DNA of 64,000 nt from Octopus vulgaris (lineage: Eukaryota), in the NCBI GenBank assembly GCA_951406725.2, contig OX597819.1, positions 127,844,001 through 127,908,000 on the forward strand, in the 5' to 3' direction. Both the position numbers and the translations under genes were made by a program. Below, in pieces: positions 1-13,101 of this stretch; the stretch's first letter is position 1, and each line of letters opens with the position of its first letter. The notes beneath the pieces are model-generated. The model saw only the letters and a list, made by a program, of their open reading frames with translations, ran no database searches and had not been told where the DNA came from.

Positions 1-40
1 ATGTCTGCGTTAGTGTGTATGTAATATATTGTATTTTGAT

Positions 41-255
41 ATTGTACATTTTACAAACTAATGCAGGTATAAAAGGCTAGCTCATCAGATCAACACAATA
101 TGGTCACATTCACTTTTGAACTCCATGCATTGATACTTTGAAGATGACATTTTGTATGCGTGTACTGGAGTTGAAAAAATGGATGTGACTATGATATTCT
201 GTTGATCTGATGGGCTAGTCTTCTATACCAGCATTAATTTGTAAAATATACAATA
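41..255. repeat. Imperfect palindrome (~215 bp)
   Basis: 41-95 (attgtacattttacaaac...ctcatcagatcaaca) pairs with 200-255. The inner segments (ggtcacattcac...gaactcca / tggagttgaa...atgtgacta) also pair. Confidence 0.8.
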
Positions 256-258
256 GTA

Positions 259-2274
259 TAGGTTTTTGAAGACATTTTCGTACGTTTGGCATTCATTTTG
301 ATAATCGGGTCATTAAAAGTCGCGAAAATAATTTGCGCCATGAAGTTAGTCATTCAAATTCGTTTTTGACCATTCAATATCGCACTTCGGTCGAAGAATT
401 TAGCATTTACATCATTCAAATTTAAATGCCCGTCGAGAGCATTCGAATTAGTCGGAATGCAAGGAAGCGTCTTTTCGACATTCAAATTTGTTCCGGAGAA
501 ATCTGTTTAACACCTCGAACAATTAAATTAGCACGGTAGCTGTCTTGGATTTATCTCACACTCATTGTTATCATAATCACATGTTTTCATCCATTGTTTA
601 TGCTTTAATAACTCTAGCGTGCCCATTTATTTTCTATATATTCTTTTATTTTTGCATAGGTACATGTGTTTATTGTTAGCGATTTCATGGAATTGCATTC
701 CAGCATTTTCAATCTTTTTAAAGAAAATCACAATTACAACAATTTCTCGTTTTCTTTGATTTTTCCATTTTTTCTTTCATTAGGGAAAGAATGCTATGTA
801 CATTAAGATATAATATATAGATTTACAACTTTGATAAGGAGAGTTCGTTTGAGAGGATTTAACCGACTATATCCTGGCGGTCGAGGCATCTCGGGAGGTA
901 GCTCTGAGTGTGTCTATACCAAGGAGCACGATTTTCTGGAGTGATGGCGCCGACGTTACGCCTTGCAACCTGTTATATGACATGTGCTCGCCATTCTTCT
1001 ATGGTCATACCGGCTCCTGCAGCTACCCGGTTATCATCCCTTTGCTGCAACTCAGATCGAATGAGGTCCTTCTTCACAGCTTCCTTAAAAGGCAGAATGC
1101 ACCATTTGCGTACAAATAAGAAACGACTTAATAGGAAGGCAGGAGTTTCAGACTGATCCGTCGGTCTACATCAGCTGGGATCTCGGCACGAACGAGTGGA
1201 CGCGCCTTGTCCTAGATCAAGTAAACGGATTCATCCGCTAGGAACATATCGGCACGTGCCCCAATCTGTTTCCGCCAAGTACTTCTCGAAAGAGTTTCGT
1301 GTAACGATATCGTTCGCAATGGAGTGGTGAACCAGGCTGATTTCTCTCGACACCGTGGAAGTGACATTGCTGTTTTCCCAAGCTGACGGTTAACAACTCG
1401 GCGAACAGGAATGCCTCGAGGAGCTCGCCCAAAAGATCACCCGGTCCAAATGTTGTACCCACATTCATTAACAAATACGCAATGGCTAACGCCTCCCTCC
1501 TCCATGAACCAATGCACGTACTCATAACGCTTTTCTAGAGTTCTTGAGGCATTTCTTGCATCTGGGACGTATTCAGCCAACTTCATAGTTATCAAGGCGG
1601 ATTTCCGGACAATGCTGCCTCTAAGTCCCTCTGGGCAACATGTGGTGCCTCCCAGACTATAGGTAGGTCGCTACTATGGATCGGGCACTACTCCTTTTAA
1701 AGCTAAGTGTGCCTGCTAGTTGCAGGTAATCGGTTTGATGCCCCTAGGAGGCGTCAACCATCCTTGCCCTATCTTCGTCCAATATACCCATGTACCTTAC
1801 GCGTGGCTCCATGATTACAAGTTGGTGTAAGGGAAAGAGATATAAAATGTAACAGATATCGACCGGTTACGAATGTTACAATGAAAAAGACTTTCGTGGA
1901 CAGAAGAATCACGTAATTTATATCTTCCTTGTAGCTATAGCAACATAATAGAGTTTCTATGACAAGACATGTCATTTTTAACATTCACTTCTTAGAATGT
2001 GAGTAAATACACACATGTAAAATTAGTGCTGAATTGAATAAACTTATTCCGAACTCGAATGCTCACGTGCGAATTTGAATGCTCGAAAAGACACTTCCAT
2101 GCAAGTATTTTAATTTGAATGATGTCAATGCCAAATTCTTTGACCAAAGTACGAAATTGAATGGTCAAAACGAATTTGAATGACTAACTTCATGGCGCTA
2201 ATTTTTTTCGCGACTTTGAATGATCCGATTATCGAATTGAATGCCAAACGTACGAAAATGACTGCAAAAACATA
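259..2274 (-). mobile_element. IS630/Tc1/mariner-superfamily DNA transposon (possibly TRT/DD37E-like) with ~230-bp imperfect TIRs
   Basis: ~261-490 (ggtttttgaagacattttcgtacgtttggcattca...) is the reverse complement of ~2050-2272 (...tgaatgccaaacgtacgaaaatgactgcaaaaac). TA flanks both ends and a transposase remnant lies inside. Confidence 0.85.
859..1812 (-). pseudogene. Degenerate DDE transposase (HTH plus DDE_3-type catalytic domain)
   Basis: Manual translation across stops and frameshifts: MEPRVRYMGILDEDRARMVDA..KRSSARSIVATYL*SGRHHMLPRG; CVFVNECGYNIWTG*SFGRAPRG; YLI*DKARP...LKLLPSY; ITPENRAPWYRHTQSYLPRCLDRQDIVG*. Confidence 0.8.
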
Positions 2275-2599
2275 TATAATGCAATTAATAACACACCTAC
2301 AAGTGCAGAGATGTAAAATAATTTGTAACATTCTAAAATAAATTATTTTTCCATGATGCTGGCTGCGAAATGACCGTCATCCTTTGGATATCATCTGGTG
2401 ACATAAATATATCTCATACCTCCTGATTTTCTTTGTATTCTGTATAGCCCTTATGAAACCCTCCGTTTTTGTTGCCTGCCTTTCATCCAATTCCACACTT
2501 CTTGTACTCACCCTTATCTAATCCTTTTCAACTTATCCCCACACTGGTCTATCAGGCCTCCCACACTCATATACTCCTAATGCTAGCTGCTCCAAACAA

Positions 2600-2815
2600 A
2601 CAAGTCTACTAGCCCCAACAAGGCTCATTTTACTAAACTTAAGTGCTGCATCCGGGAAGTGACTCCTCTACTCACCAAACTGTAATCTATCACTTTCTGA
2701 CATTTGAAAGCGCACCTAGGTGAGCCCCACCCCAACCAATTGAATCACCTCTGACCTAATCAGCTATCGACTTATTGCTCTCACCTCTAACATCTCTAAG
2801 GTAAAGGAGGCAACC
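2600..2815 (+). mobile_element. Highly degenerate LINE RT N-terminal fragment (CR1/Jockey-like)
   Basis: LKCCIREVTPLLTKL and SDLISYRLIALTSNISKVKE resemble the NYRPIxLTSxxSKVME motif. Confidence 0.45.
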
Positions 2816-2876
2816 CATAAACTGACACGCTTCAACACTTCCAAGCCCCTTCTCTTCCTCTATTTCTATCTCCTTT

Positions 2877-2936
<60 letters not shown>

Positions 2937-3043
2937 GCTGCCATAGAACCACATACACAGACAATTTACTTCTTTTTGTCACAATTCGGTTTTCGCTTTA
3001 TTGAAGTTCAGTGAAACCAATGCGGTCGCCCTATATATATATA

Positions 3044-3263
3044 TATTTCTTTACTACCCACAAGGGGCTAAACACAGATGGGACAAACAAGGACAGACAA
3101 ACGGATTAAGTCAATTATATCGACCTTAGTGCGTAACTGGTACTTAATTTATCGACCCCGAAAGGATGAAAGGCAAAGTCGACCTCGGCGGAATTTGAAC
3201 CCAGAACACGTGACAGCAGACGAAATACGACTACGCATTTCGCCCTGCCAGCTCGCCGCCTTA
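3044..3263 (-). mobile_element. SINE family A (tRNA-derived; core gtcgactttgcctttcatcctttcggggtcgataaattaagtacc)
   Basis: Reverse complement of the copies at 18144 and 43821. Pol III B-box-like gttcaaattcc. Confidence 0.85.
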
Positions 3264-3285
3264 TATATACGCGCGCACACACACA

Positions 3286-3335
<50 letters not shown>

Positions 3336-3712
3336 TACACTCACACATTCACACACACACGCCTGTAAATTTTGATTTAGTGGTACCACTGATTTTTCTT
3401 AAATGCTGCTGCCCTAGACCGATAGTCAACGGGCACTCTGTCTTCATACTCATCATTACCAGATGAGAGGGTTGGTGTATATCATGTATATTTAAATATT
3501 GAGCTCGATTACACTATCAAGTTTCCATTTGACTCAACACCCATATCTTTACCCTGTTGCACTGAACGGGATATTTTTATTTTTTATTTTTTATTTTTTG
3601 GAAAAATATGAATAATCCCTCCCTTAATCGCTCCACATAAACAAAATAGTTTCGTTAAAATTGCGAAGTATTTATTCTTGATAATTACCTACATAAATAC
3701 ACAAAGACAGAT

Positions 3713-3756
<44 letters not shown>

Positions 3757-4054
3757 ACACATATACGTACACACGCACACAACTACACTCACGAACGCAC
3801 ATGTACATCCCAATGTGTGCAAGGATGGATGCTTAGGTGGAGTGAAGCGGATAGAGTTAAGTACCCGGTTGAAACATACGTTGCATGAATAATTTACCAA
3901 ACGAGATGTGTGTTAAGTGACAATAAGCAATAAAGGTAGCCGCAGAAACAATAGCAATGTCAACAGTAGACGGCGCGCAAACTACATATGAAGCCATATT
4001 TAATCTGTACCGTTCCCTCTCCCACCTTCTCTCTTTGCGCGCGCGCGTGTGTGC

Positions 4055-4089
<35 letters not shown>

Positions 4090-4258
4090 CTCAGACACAT
4101 GTACATGCGCATATATACATCTATATTTGTATATGTACATATATACACACAAACACATATATATGTGACTGCTTACAACATGCTTATAGAGGTAATACAT
4201 ACATACATATATATATGTGTATGTATAAATATATATATATATATACATACATACATAT

Positions 4259-4298
<40 letters not shown>

Positions 4299-4375
4299 TC
4301 ATATATATATATATATATAGATATATATATAAGTTCATATATATGTATATTTGCATGTGTATAGTATACATATAT

Positions 4376-4433
<58 letters not shown>

Positions 4434-4967
4434 CACACACACACACACGCACACTTATATATATATTCAGATATATATACACATAAGTTCATATATACGT
4501 ATATTTGCATGTGTATAGTATGCATATATTATGTATATACATATATATGTATATTATATTATATATATATTTGTGTGTGTGTGTGTGTGTGTGTGTGTAG
4601 TGGTTATTAACAAGTGTTAGACCATCGACTCATTGCAGCTCTTTACGTTGTGCGTTCAAATCTCGTCGTGACCAGTTCTACTTTTCTTATTTGCGACATC
4701 GAAAAAAGCTAAAAGTATAGGCCAAGAAGCAAATAATATATCGAGAGCGCTGGATTGGCCGGCCGAGTTGTTAGCACGTTTGCTGAAAATAAATTGTGTT
4801 TGAATTCCGGATTCGATAAAATAAAATACCAAACAAAGCACTGTGAGACTGCTACTTGCCGGTTGGTGTGGCCTTTATGTTTCACTATGCGAAATGTGAA
4901 TGTGTTAAGAGCTTTAACGTCTGCTGAATTCTACATGGCAACAGTCGATCATAAATGCCTCCCACCG

Positions 4968-5030
<63 letters not shown>

Positions 5031-5031
<1 letters not shown>

Positions 5032-5299
5032 AGTGATCACCGTGACCGACCAGACCACGCATTGTTTTAGCTTTCAAATGACGCCACTCCGCTGGCTAAG
5101 CGAGCAGGCCAACAGAAGAAAGAGTGAGAGAAAGTTGTGGCGAAAGAGTACAGCGGGGATCACCACCACCCCCTGCCGGAGCCTGGAGGAGCTTTAGGTG
5201 TTTTCGCTCAATAAACACTCACAACGCCCGGTCTGGGAATCGAAAACGTGATCCTACAACCGCGATTCCGCTGCCCTAACCACTGGGCCATTGCGCCTC

Positions 5300-5301
<2 letters not shown>
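5031..5301 (-). mobile_element. SINE family C (tRNA-derived head gaggcgcaatggcccagtggttagggcagc)
   Basis: A-box and B-box-like motifs; homologous to the copy at 58957. Confidence 0.8.
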
Positions 5302-5334
<33 letters not shown>

Positions 5335-5340
5335 TATTAT

Positions 5341-6716
5341 GGCTGCCCCCTCGTTATCGAATATGGCCATTACACGAAGCTTCACTGTTACTGGTGCTGT
5401 GATCGAATGTGACTTTTTAGCCCAGCTAAAAATCTACAATGTCTTGTACAGAATTGGCAACTAAAACCTTTACCGGTAATAGCCGGCTGTAGTTGTAACT
5501 GGGCTTCATGTACCTTTGCATGTCGTTTAAGTCCTCCTGCCGAATTACACTCTCTTCCACCTGCCCGACAGATATGATTAGTATGGTGTGTTACACCACC
5601 ACCAGTGGCCAGGTTGTCACTCATCTGTCTCGTTTTACGACTACGAAGATGGCTCTTAAGTCCAGCTAACTGAGGCAGGGTCTTGCACAAACACTGCATG
5701 TCAGCATCATAGGAAGACCCTTCCCATCCGGAAGTGTAACAGCGTTGCCCTTCCTGACATCCCTCCTTACTTTCTCATGTGCAACTCGAGATTTCTCAAA
5801 AGTAGCTGTCCCCTCGTGCACAATCCTTCTTCACCTGCTACGATCAATAGCCATGCCTTCCCATGTGTCAGGAGAGATGCAAGTATCTCTTAAGGAAGCC
5901 TTTAGCAAGTCCTTATATCTCTTTTTTTTGGTTTATGTGGATATCATTCTTCTTTAGCTAACTCTCCATAAAAGAGTTGTTTTGGCATCCTTGAATCCTT
6001 CATCCTGACCAGATGACCACACCATCTGTGCCTTTGTTTTAACACAAGAGTTTCTATACTTTCACACCGGGAGCCCTCCAATATTTCAAGATCACTGATG
6101 CGGTCCTTCCACTTAATGCCATAGATCCGTCTGAGACACATCTGATGGAAACGATCCAGTTGTTTAAGGTGGTATCGATATGTGACCCACGTCTCGCAGG
6201 CATAGAGAAGAGAAGGGAGCACACATGCCTTGTACACCTTTATCTTTGTCTTTCTGCATATGTCTCGCCGACTCCAGAGGCGCTTTTCTAGCCTTCCGAA
6301 AGCAACACCTGCTTTCCTAATTCTATATGGAACTTCATCATCCACATTGCCATATCTATTAATAGTGCTTCCCAGGTAGACAAACTGATCAACTACATCA
6401 AGTCGTTTACCATACACATAGATATTTAGTACACTTTACTGCTTACCAGGGTCAGGTTGATGCATGACAACAGATTTCTTGAGATTGACTGTCAATCCTA
6501 AGGCAGTGCCAGCTTCAGAGAATGCATTCAAAATATGTTGCATATCAATCGCTGTGTGTGCTACTAGCTCACAATCCTCTGCATACAAAAGGTCTCTTAT
6601 GATAGAGGAAAATACCTTTGTTTTTGCAGCAAAGCGCCTGATATTAAATATGCTGCCAGAGGTTCGATAACGGATGTAAACATCGTATCTGCAGTTTCTG
6701 AATGCAATACAGAGCA
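5341..6716 (-). mobile_element. 5'-truncated RTE-clade LINE (RT C-terminal half plus C-terminal C2H2-like fingers)
   Basis: ORF pieces RDLLYAEDCELVAH, GLTVNLKKSVVM, FVYLGSTI, KVYKACVLPSLLYACETW, RWCGHLVRM..RMPKQLFYGEL; several frameshifts; ends in an ataat/TA tail. Confidence 0.9.
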
Positions 6717-6752
6717 TACATACATACATACATACATACATACACACATATA

Positions 6753-6803
<51 letters not shown>

Positions 6804-7410
6804 TCTCCTCTTTTCTCCACTATTGAAAAAAAATGATAAGTCGATCGTTTATATAGTTTCTAAATGTTTTAAATGACCATGTAGTTTTATCCCAAGTTGC
6901 GGGACATTGACAAGCCCCGAATTTAGGGCGAAATAAATTCATCTGTATCTAATTGCAGCCACTAGGACAACCAAAACATTAAAAAAAAAACAATCAGGAT
7001 CAGTTATACAGAAATATCTACTCGCATAACAATATAGGTATGTAAAAAAAAATAAATCTATCTCTCAATGATTCTTTCCCCTTGAGGAAAGTTTCTCCCC
7101 TTCTTCAATTTCTTAGTAAACCCTAATTCTTTCGGAGCTGAAAACAACCGGAGATCGAGACAGCAACAACGGCGGTCACCACTCAAATTTCACAAGTGTA
7201 CATATATATAAATGTATGTGTATTTTTTTCAGTGTTTACAAATAACATGGAAAAAATAATTAGTTACCAGGGTAGCAAAAATTCACACAAGTACCATGTC
7301 TTTAATAGCCTACTTATAAAGGTATAAATTCCAGGTTTTGGTGAAATGTTTTTATATAATAGAGATAAATAAATAATGGAGTTAAATGCAGGTGTTATTC
7401 AAATCTTTTT

Positions 7411-7502
7411 ACTTCCGGCATATGTTTCAAAAAAAAAACATTGGTATTATTGAAGAAGGAATATAACGGTGTAAAACAACGCAATCTTCTCATCAGGGAA
7501 AG
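7411..7502 (-). ncRNA. Degenerate type I hammerhead ribozyme motif (same family as 63245)
   Basis: Minus strand: ttcc-CTGATGA-gaagattg...caatg...-GAAA-catatgcc-ggaagt. The 3' arm of stem II and the cleavage triplet are mutated. Confidence 0.6.
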
Positions 7503-7628
7503 AAAGAAACCAAACACATCAATAAGACATTTTAATAGAATGTGATGACTGCGGATATGATGAAGGGAACGCTAGCAAGTTTTGAAAACAAAACCCTTCT
7601 TCAGGTGTCTTGGGGACATTTCCCCAAG

Positions 7629-7672
7629 ACACCTGAAGAAGGCTGGAGTGTATTTCAGCCGAACAGTTCTGT
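7629..7672 (+). ncRNA. Degenerate hammerhead-like motif in a short PLE-type repeat
   Basis: acac-CTGAAGA-aggctg gagtgtattt cagcc-GAAC...; it overlaps the hairpin ccttcttcaggtgtcttgggga/tccccaagacacctgaagaagg. Confidence 0.5.
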
Positions 7673-8100
7673 TAACAACAAACAAGATGAAGACAAATAT
7701 ACGTCGAATGTAAGTCATATAAATAATGTAAATAATGTAGCAAACAGTACTATCACCAAAAATAGAAAAGAAAAGCCATCGCCAGAACAGGCTCCGTATC
7801 CAGTCAGTCGTATCAAATCACCAGCTTCCAAAAAGCCGCACCCAATTGTTTCATTCCGATCCGGGGAAATCAGAAGTTCACTCCGCAGTCATTGTGATGG
7901 CAGAACGAACTTCTGGATTTGAGGGCCATGCCCTCATACGTACACAATCACATATAAAAAAACCCAACCTTGTAAATAATAAATGTATAAATATATGAGC
8001 ATATATATATATATAAGCATATATATGTAAGCATATACGCATAAAGGTAAAAGCTTTCAATCATATACGGAATGACACACGCTTACACAAACAATGAAAT

Positions 8101-8151
<51 letters not shown>

Positions 8152-8736
8152 TACACACACACTGTTACCACCACCAACACTATCACCATACAAGCGATAC
8201 TTGACAAACGAGATGGACAGACACTTCTAATACAGTGGGAAAGAACATAGAACTTTTATGTTATGATTATGCCACCGTCAACGGAGAATAATAGAGGCTA
8301 AATTACTTTAACTAGAGTATTATCACGCCCAAACATGTATCTAACACCTCACACACACACATTCTTTTTTCAAAACTATACATTCTGTTTCTCGCGTTCT
8401 TTTTCTTTTTTTTCTGCTTTCCTTTTTCTTTCCTTTTTCTTTTTGTCGAAGTTCATGAAAGCGTGAAAAAAAAAAAAAAAAAAAAAGATAACTACATAAT
8501 AGCAACAACAAACAAATGATATAAAAAGTTAAATAAATATATGAATAAAAAAATGATAAACCTGAATCGTATGGTACTCTTCATAAATAAATAAATCCAA
8601 TTTCTTAAGCAAATCTCTAGTGATTTGAAAATGTTTCATGTCACCTGTAATTCATGTACTAACACGAAACACAAAAGAAAAGAAGGAAACAAAAGGAAAA
8701 AATCAACCATCATGTATACATATATATATATACACA

Positions 8737-8770
<34 letters not shown>

Positions 8771-8776
8771 CATTTA

Positions 8777-8819
<43 letters not shown>

Positions 8820-8842
8820 ACATATATATATATACATATATG

Positions 8843-8937
<95 letters not shown>

Positions 8938-9434
8938 GTATATATATGTATATATATATATATGTATATATATATATGTTTTTATATATATATATATATA
9001 TATATATGAACGCATATATATAAACGCATATACATACGTTCATACACGGATACATCTGTATACACGCTTGTATATATATATATACAATGATTTGTTAACA
9101 TAGTCGCTCACTTACAATCTCACTAAATTAATCGTGTGAAATAAAAGAGCGTTTTATGCCGCGCGCATATACAAGCATTCGTGTCAAGACGGGCAGAGGT
9201 ATTTCCAATATAACCCCTCTTGCAATAATAATAATAAAGGCCCAACGTATTTTGTATACATGTAAAAGGTACCACAACCATAGTTACACCATGACCACAA
9301 TCTAATTTCACTGAGAGTGCCGTTGCTGAACTTGCTACCAATAGCAAGGAAACCGCTCGAGGTCCGATCGGATGGAGCAGCTACTCGGTCAAGGCCCTTG
9401 TAGTTGTAATAATATTTTATTATCTCAGATATAA

Positions 9435-9560
9435 TGGCTCCTTCGTCAGTTTTGACGATCAGTTTTGACTATTCAGTCGTTCAATCGCTTGAAATTTTTG
9501 CAAGTTAAATTGGTTTGTTTGTGACTGAATATTCGCCAGACACGTGTACTCATAGTGCAA
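9435..9560 (-). mobile_element. Old SINE family D fragment
   Basis: Diverged reverse complement of 54370-54480. Confidence 0.4.
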
Positions 9561-9761
9561 TATGCAGATCGACACAACGGGACATATGTATCAAAGATGA
9601 TAATTTCGGTTACGGACTCAATCCGGATAGTGCATCATACATGCGTGTGTATGATTGCATGCGTATATGATGGCTTGTTTGTGTGATTACGTGTGTGTGT
9701 GTGCACGTTCGCATTTTCTACATGCATATACATGTAAACATTGTATATCTATATTTGTGTA

Positions 9762-10024
9762 TAATCAAAATAAGCAACAAGTATATCATCGGTAATTTAG
9801 TACGATCGTTTCATGCTACTTCATTTTATTAAACAATTGTATTACATCAGTTTTAAAATATTGAGCAATTTATAGAAGTCTTCCTATGGAGGACTTCTAT
9901 AAATGGCTGAAGATTGCTCAACATTTTAAAACTGATGTAATACTTACAATGTTTAATAAAATGAAGTAGCATGAAACGATCATACCAAACTATCGAAGAT
10001 ATTCTTGTTGCTTACTTTGATTAT
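9762..10024. repeat. ~260-bp palindrome carrying a hammerhead motif
   Basis: ataatcaaaataagcaacaag...ttatagaagtcttc pairs with gaggacttctataa...cttgttgcttactttgattat. Confidence 0.9.
9904..9987 (+). ncRNA. Type I hammerhead ribozyme motif with extended stem II
   Basis: tgg-CTGAAGA-ttgct...agcat-GAAA-cgatcata-cca. The opposite arm keeps palindromic stem III ACGATCGT followed by A. Confidence 0.65.
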
Positions 10025-10605
10025 AATCACCCCATGGATTTATATGGATAATACCATACAAAATTCTGGTGCCTCTGACTTAAGTACCATATTCATTTGA
10101 ATCTAAATTTTGCTGAACTTATGTGTGTGTATGTATGTTTTTGTCGCTCTGTATGTATATTCCTTTTCTTAATTATTTGAATTCTTCGTACAAAGAAGAG
10201 CGTGGCTTCTATCATCCCGAGAATTTGGATAACAACTTCCATAGATATAAGTGCTGAACTTTGGAAAAGTTTCACAATATTTTACTGTAGAGGATTGGCT
10301 CAATATCAGTGGATTACTAAAGATTGTATTTCTAAAGATGGTCGTTTCCTTTCCCTAGAAATCCTAATCATCATATAATAATTTACTAACATAGCCAAGC
10401 TCACTAATTTTTGGCAAAAATGTGGATTTATAACCAGAGTAGAGAAACTAGCTTTCGTTGCAATTTTCTTCAAATATTTTCCTGGTTTCGGAAGAGACTT
10501 TCACATCTGCAGAACAAAGGATCTCTGAAACTACGCATGTGTTTTTTTTTATTATTTATTTATTTATTGTAAACCTCATCCATCTAACAAATAGCCATAT
10601 TTTTT

Positions 10606-11000
10606 TTTTACTTGTTTCAGTCATTTGACTGCGGCCATGCTGGAGCACCGCCTTTAGTCGAGCAAATCGACGCCAAGACATATTCTTTGTAAGCCTAGTA
10701 CTTATTCTATCGGTCTCTTTTGCCGAACCGCTAAGTGACGGGGACGTAAACACACCAGCATCGGTTGTCAAGCGATGCTAGGGAGGAGGGGAGGGGCAAA
10801 TACACACACAAACATATACACGCACATACATATATACATATATACGACGGGTTTCTTTCAGTTTCCGTCTGCTCACAAGGCTTTGGTCGGCCCGAGGCTA
10901 TAGTAGAAAACACTTGCCCAAGGTGCCACGCAGTGGGATTGAACCCGGAAACATGTGGTTGGAAAGCAAGCTACTTACCACACAGCCAATCCTGCGCCTA
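10606..11000 (-). mobile_element. SINE family B (tRNA-derived, CORE-like accttgggcaagtg segment; octopus OR-type), near full length
   Basis: Matches more than 10 other copies in the window; internal (TG)/(TA) tract; tail gctccagcatggccgcagtcaaatgactgaaacaag. Confidence 0.85.
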
Positions 11001-11290
11001 CATTTGTGCATGTTATATTTGGACCCTGCAGAAAATTTAAAGGGAATGTTCCACTAATACATGTATTGAGAAACAGGGCCATTGTCTATATTGTCTGATC
11101 ATATATTTGCTACAGTACACAGAAGTGGTGCATAACCAGTATGTTGGGTTTTAGGGTTTCATTGTTTCGTTCATTCGTTAAGTTATTCCGTAGCTATCAC
11201 CTGCTCATGGATTATGTAACGGTCACATGCCTAAGAGTGGCTATACTTTACGCTATTCTTTATGTGTATGTGTGTGTGCGCGTGCGTGTT

Positions 11291-11435
11291 TACGACGGGT
11301 TTCTTTCAGTTTCCGCCAAACAGATCAACGCACAAGGGTTTGGTCGGCCCGAGATTATGGTATCTGGAATATTGTGGTTGGGTTCTTACCACCTAGCCAC
11401 GCTGCTTCTTACCCCCTAGCCACGCCTACGCACCT
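11291..11435 (-). mobile_element. SINE family B, 5' half, degenerate
   Basis: acgacgggtttctttcagtttccg...tttggtcggcccgag. Confidence 0.7.
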
Positions 11436-11463
11436 ATATATACACGTAATATTACGGTGATGC

Positions 11464-11493
11464 CGCCTGAAGATTACGCGAAAGTTACTAGTG
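11464..11493 (+). ncRNA. Minimal or decayed hammerhead-like motif
   Basis: cgc-CTGAAGA-ttacgc-GAAA-gttact-a-gtg; stem II is collapsed. Confidence 0.4.
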
Positions 11494-11834
11494 TCTGTCT
11501 GTCGTATTCTCAGTTACTTAAACTAACAATTCAATGTGTTGAAAGTTCAGTTGATCAAATATTATATTTATAGAATACTGAACAAACTATGGAGCATCTA
11601 CGAGGTCATTAGACGAGTGCGAAATAGGAGTTGCTTTTCCCTCAATTAATATTGCTCATTCAAATTATACCCTGAGGTCCAAACTACGCCATTTTCTTCT
11701 CTTCATAAGTATTTTCTTTCTTCGTGGGAGAATGTTTTTTTTTGGGGGGATTGAGACTGCATGTGATTAGATGCATGAGTGTGTGTATATGATACTACGT
11801 GAGTGGATACATATATGACTATTTATGCGATACC

Positions 11835-11990
11835 AAGTGTGTTCCTTGTTTTTCTGTGTCCCTTTCTGTAGAAGAGCGTAGGCTCGAAACGTAAAATACT
11901 TTTTCTATTCCTGAGCGTTATACTAATACATCTGTTTGTTTTGTACACCACCTGTCTTAGTCTTTTGTTTTTTTTCGTAAACACCTCCCT
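11835..11990 (+). mobile_element. Short interspersed repeat with hammerhead-like core (CTGTAGA family), copy 1
   Basis: gtccctttCTGTAGAagagcgtaggctcGAAACGTAaaa...; near-identical to the copies at 12085 and 52090. Confidence 0.8.
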
Positions 11991-11999
11991 ATATGTATG

Positions 12000-12061
<62 letters not shown>

Positions 12062-12084
12062 TTCAATTTGTTATATATATATGA

Positions 12085-12285
12085 TAGTTCGTTAGCCACT
12101 ACACACATTTTTTCTCTCCTTTTTTTTATCTCTCCTTGTTTTCTTCTGTGTCCCTTTCTGTAGAAGAGCGTAGGCTCGAAACGTAAAAGATTTTTTCTAT
12201 TCCTGAGCGTTATACTAATACATCTGTTTGTTTTGTACACGACCTGTCTTCGTCTTTTGGGTTTTTTTTCATAAACTCTCCATAC
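12085..12285 (+). mobile_element. Short interspersed repeat with hammerhead-like core (CTGTAGA family), copy 2
   Basis: Direct repeat of 11835-11990, separated by (TA)n. Confidence 0.8.
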
Positions 12286-12775
12286 ATACATTGTACAGTG
12301 TGTCTGGTTAGATGTGCGAGCGTATATGTTTGTGTGTTCACGCTGAAATTTCACTTGTTCCCACATGTTCCTGTGTGGTGTTAATTCAGTGTAAATGGAT
12401 GTTGTACGTATGTGTGTGTGTTGGTGTATGTGCATTTGTGTGTGTATATGTGTATGTATGTGAGTATGTGTGCGTGCGTGTGTGTGTTTGTGTGCATGGT
12501 TTTGTGCGCAGGAGGAGAGAGGGCGATGACCAAATCCACTGTCTCCATATTTATTTTTTGAGTGTCTTTGTGGGTATAAATGAGTCTATGTTTTAGCTTC
12601 TGATTATGTGTGAGGGTATATACAAAAGTGTCTTAGTCAGTCTATGTCTGTGAGCTTGTGTGTGTGTGCGTGTGTCTGTGTGTGTTCGCGTTTCTGTGCC
12701 CACGCGTGCTTGTGCGTGCGTTTCTGTGTTAAATTGACTGACCTGTGTGCATGTGTGTTGATATACGTATATGAA

Positions 12776-13101
<326 letters not shown>

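Noticed and set aside
3078-3368. Recurrent peptide RNWYLIYRPRKDERQSRPRRNLN in several ORFs
   Set aside because: It is the antisense translation of SINE family A, not a protein family.
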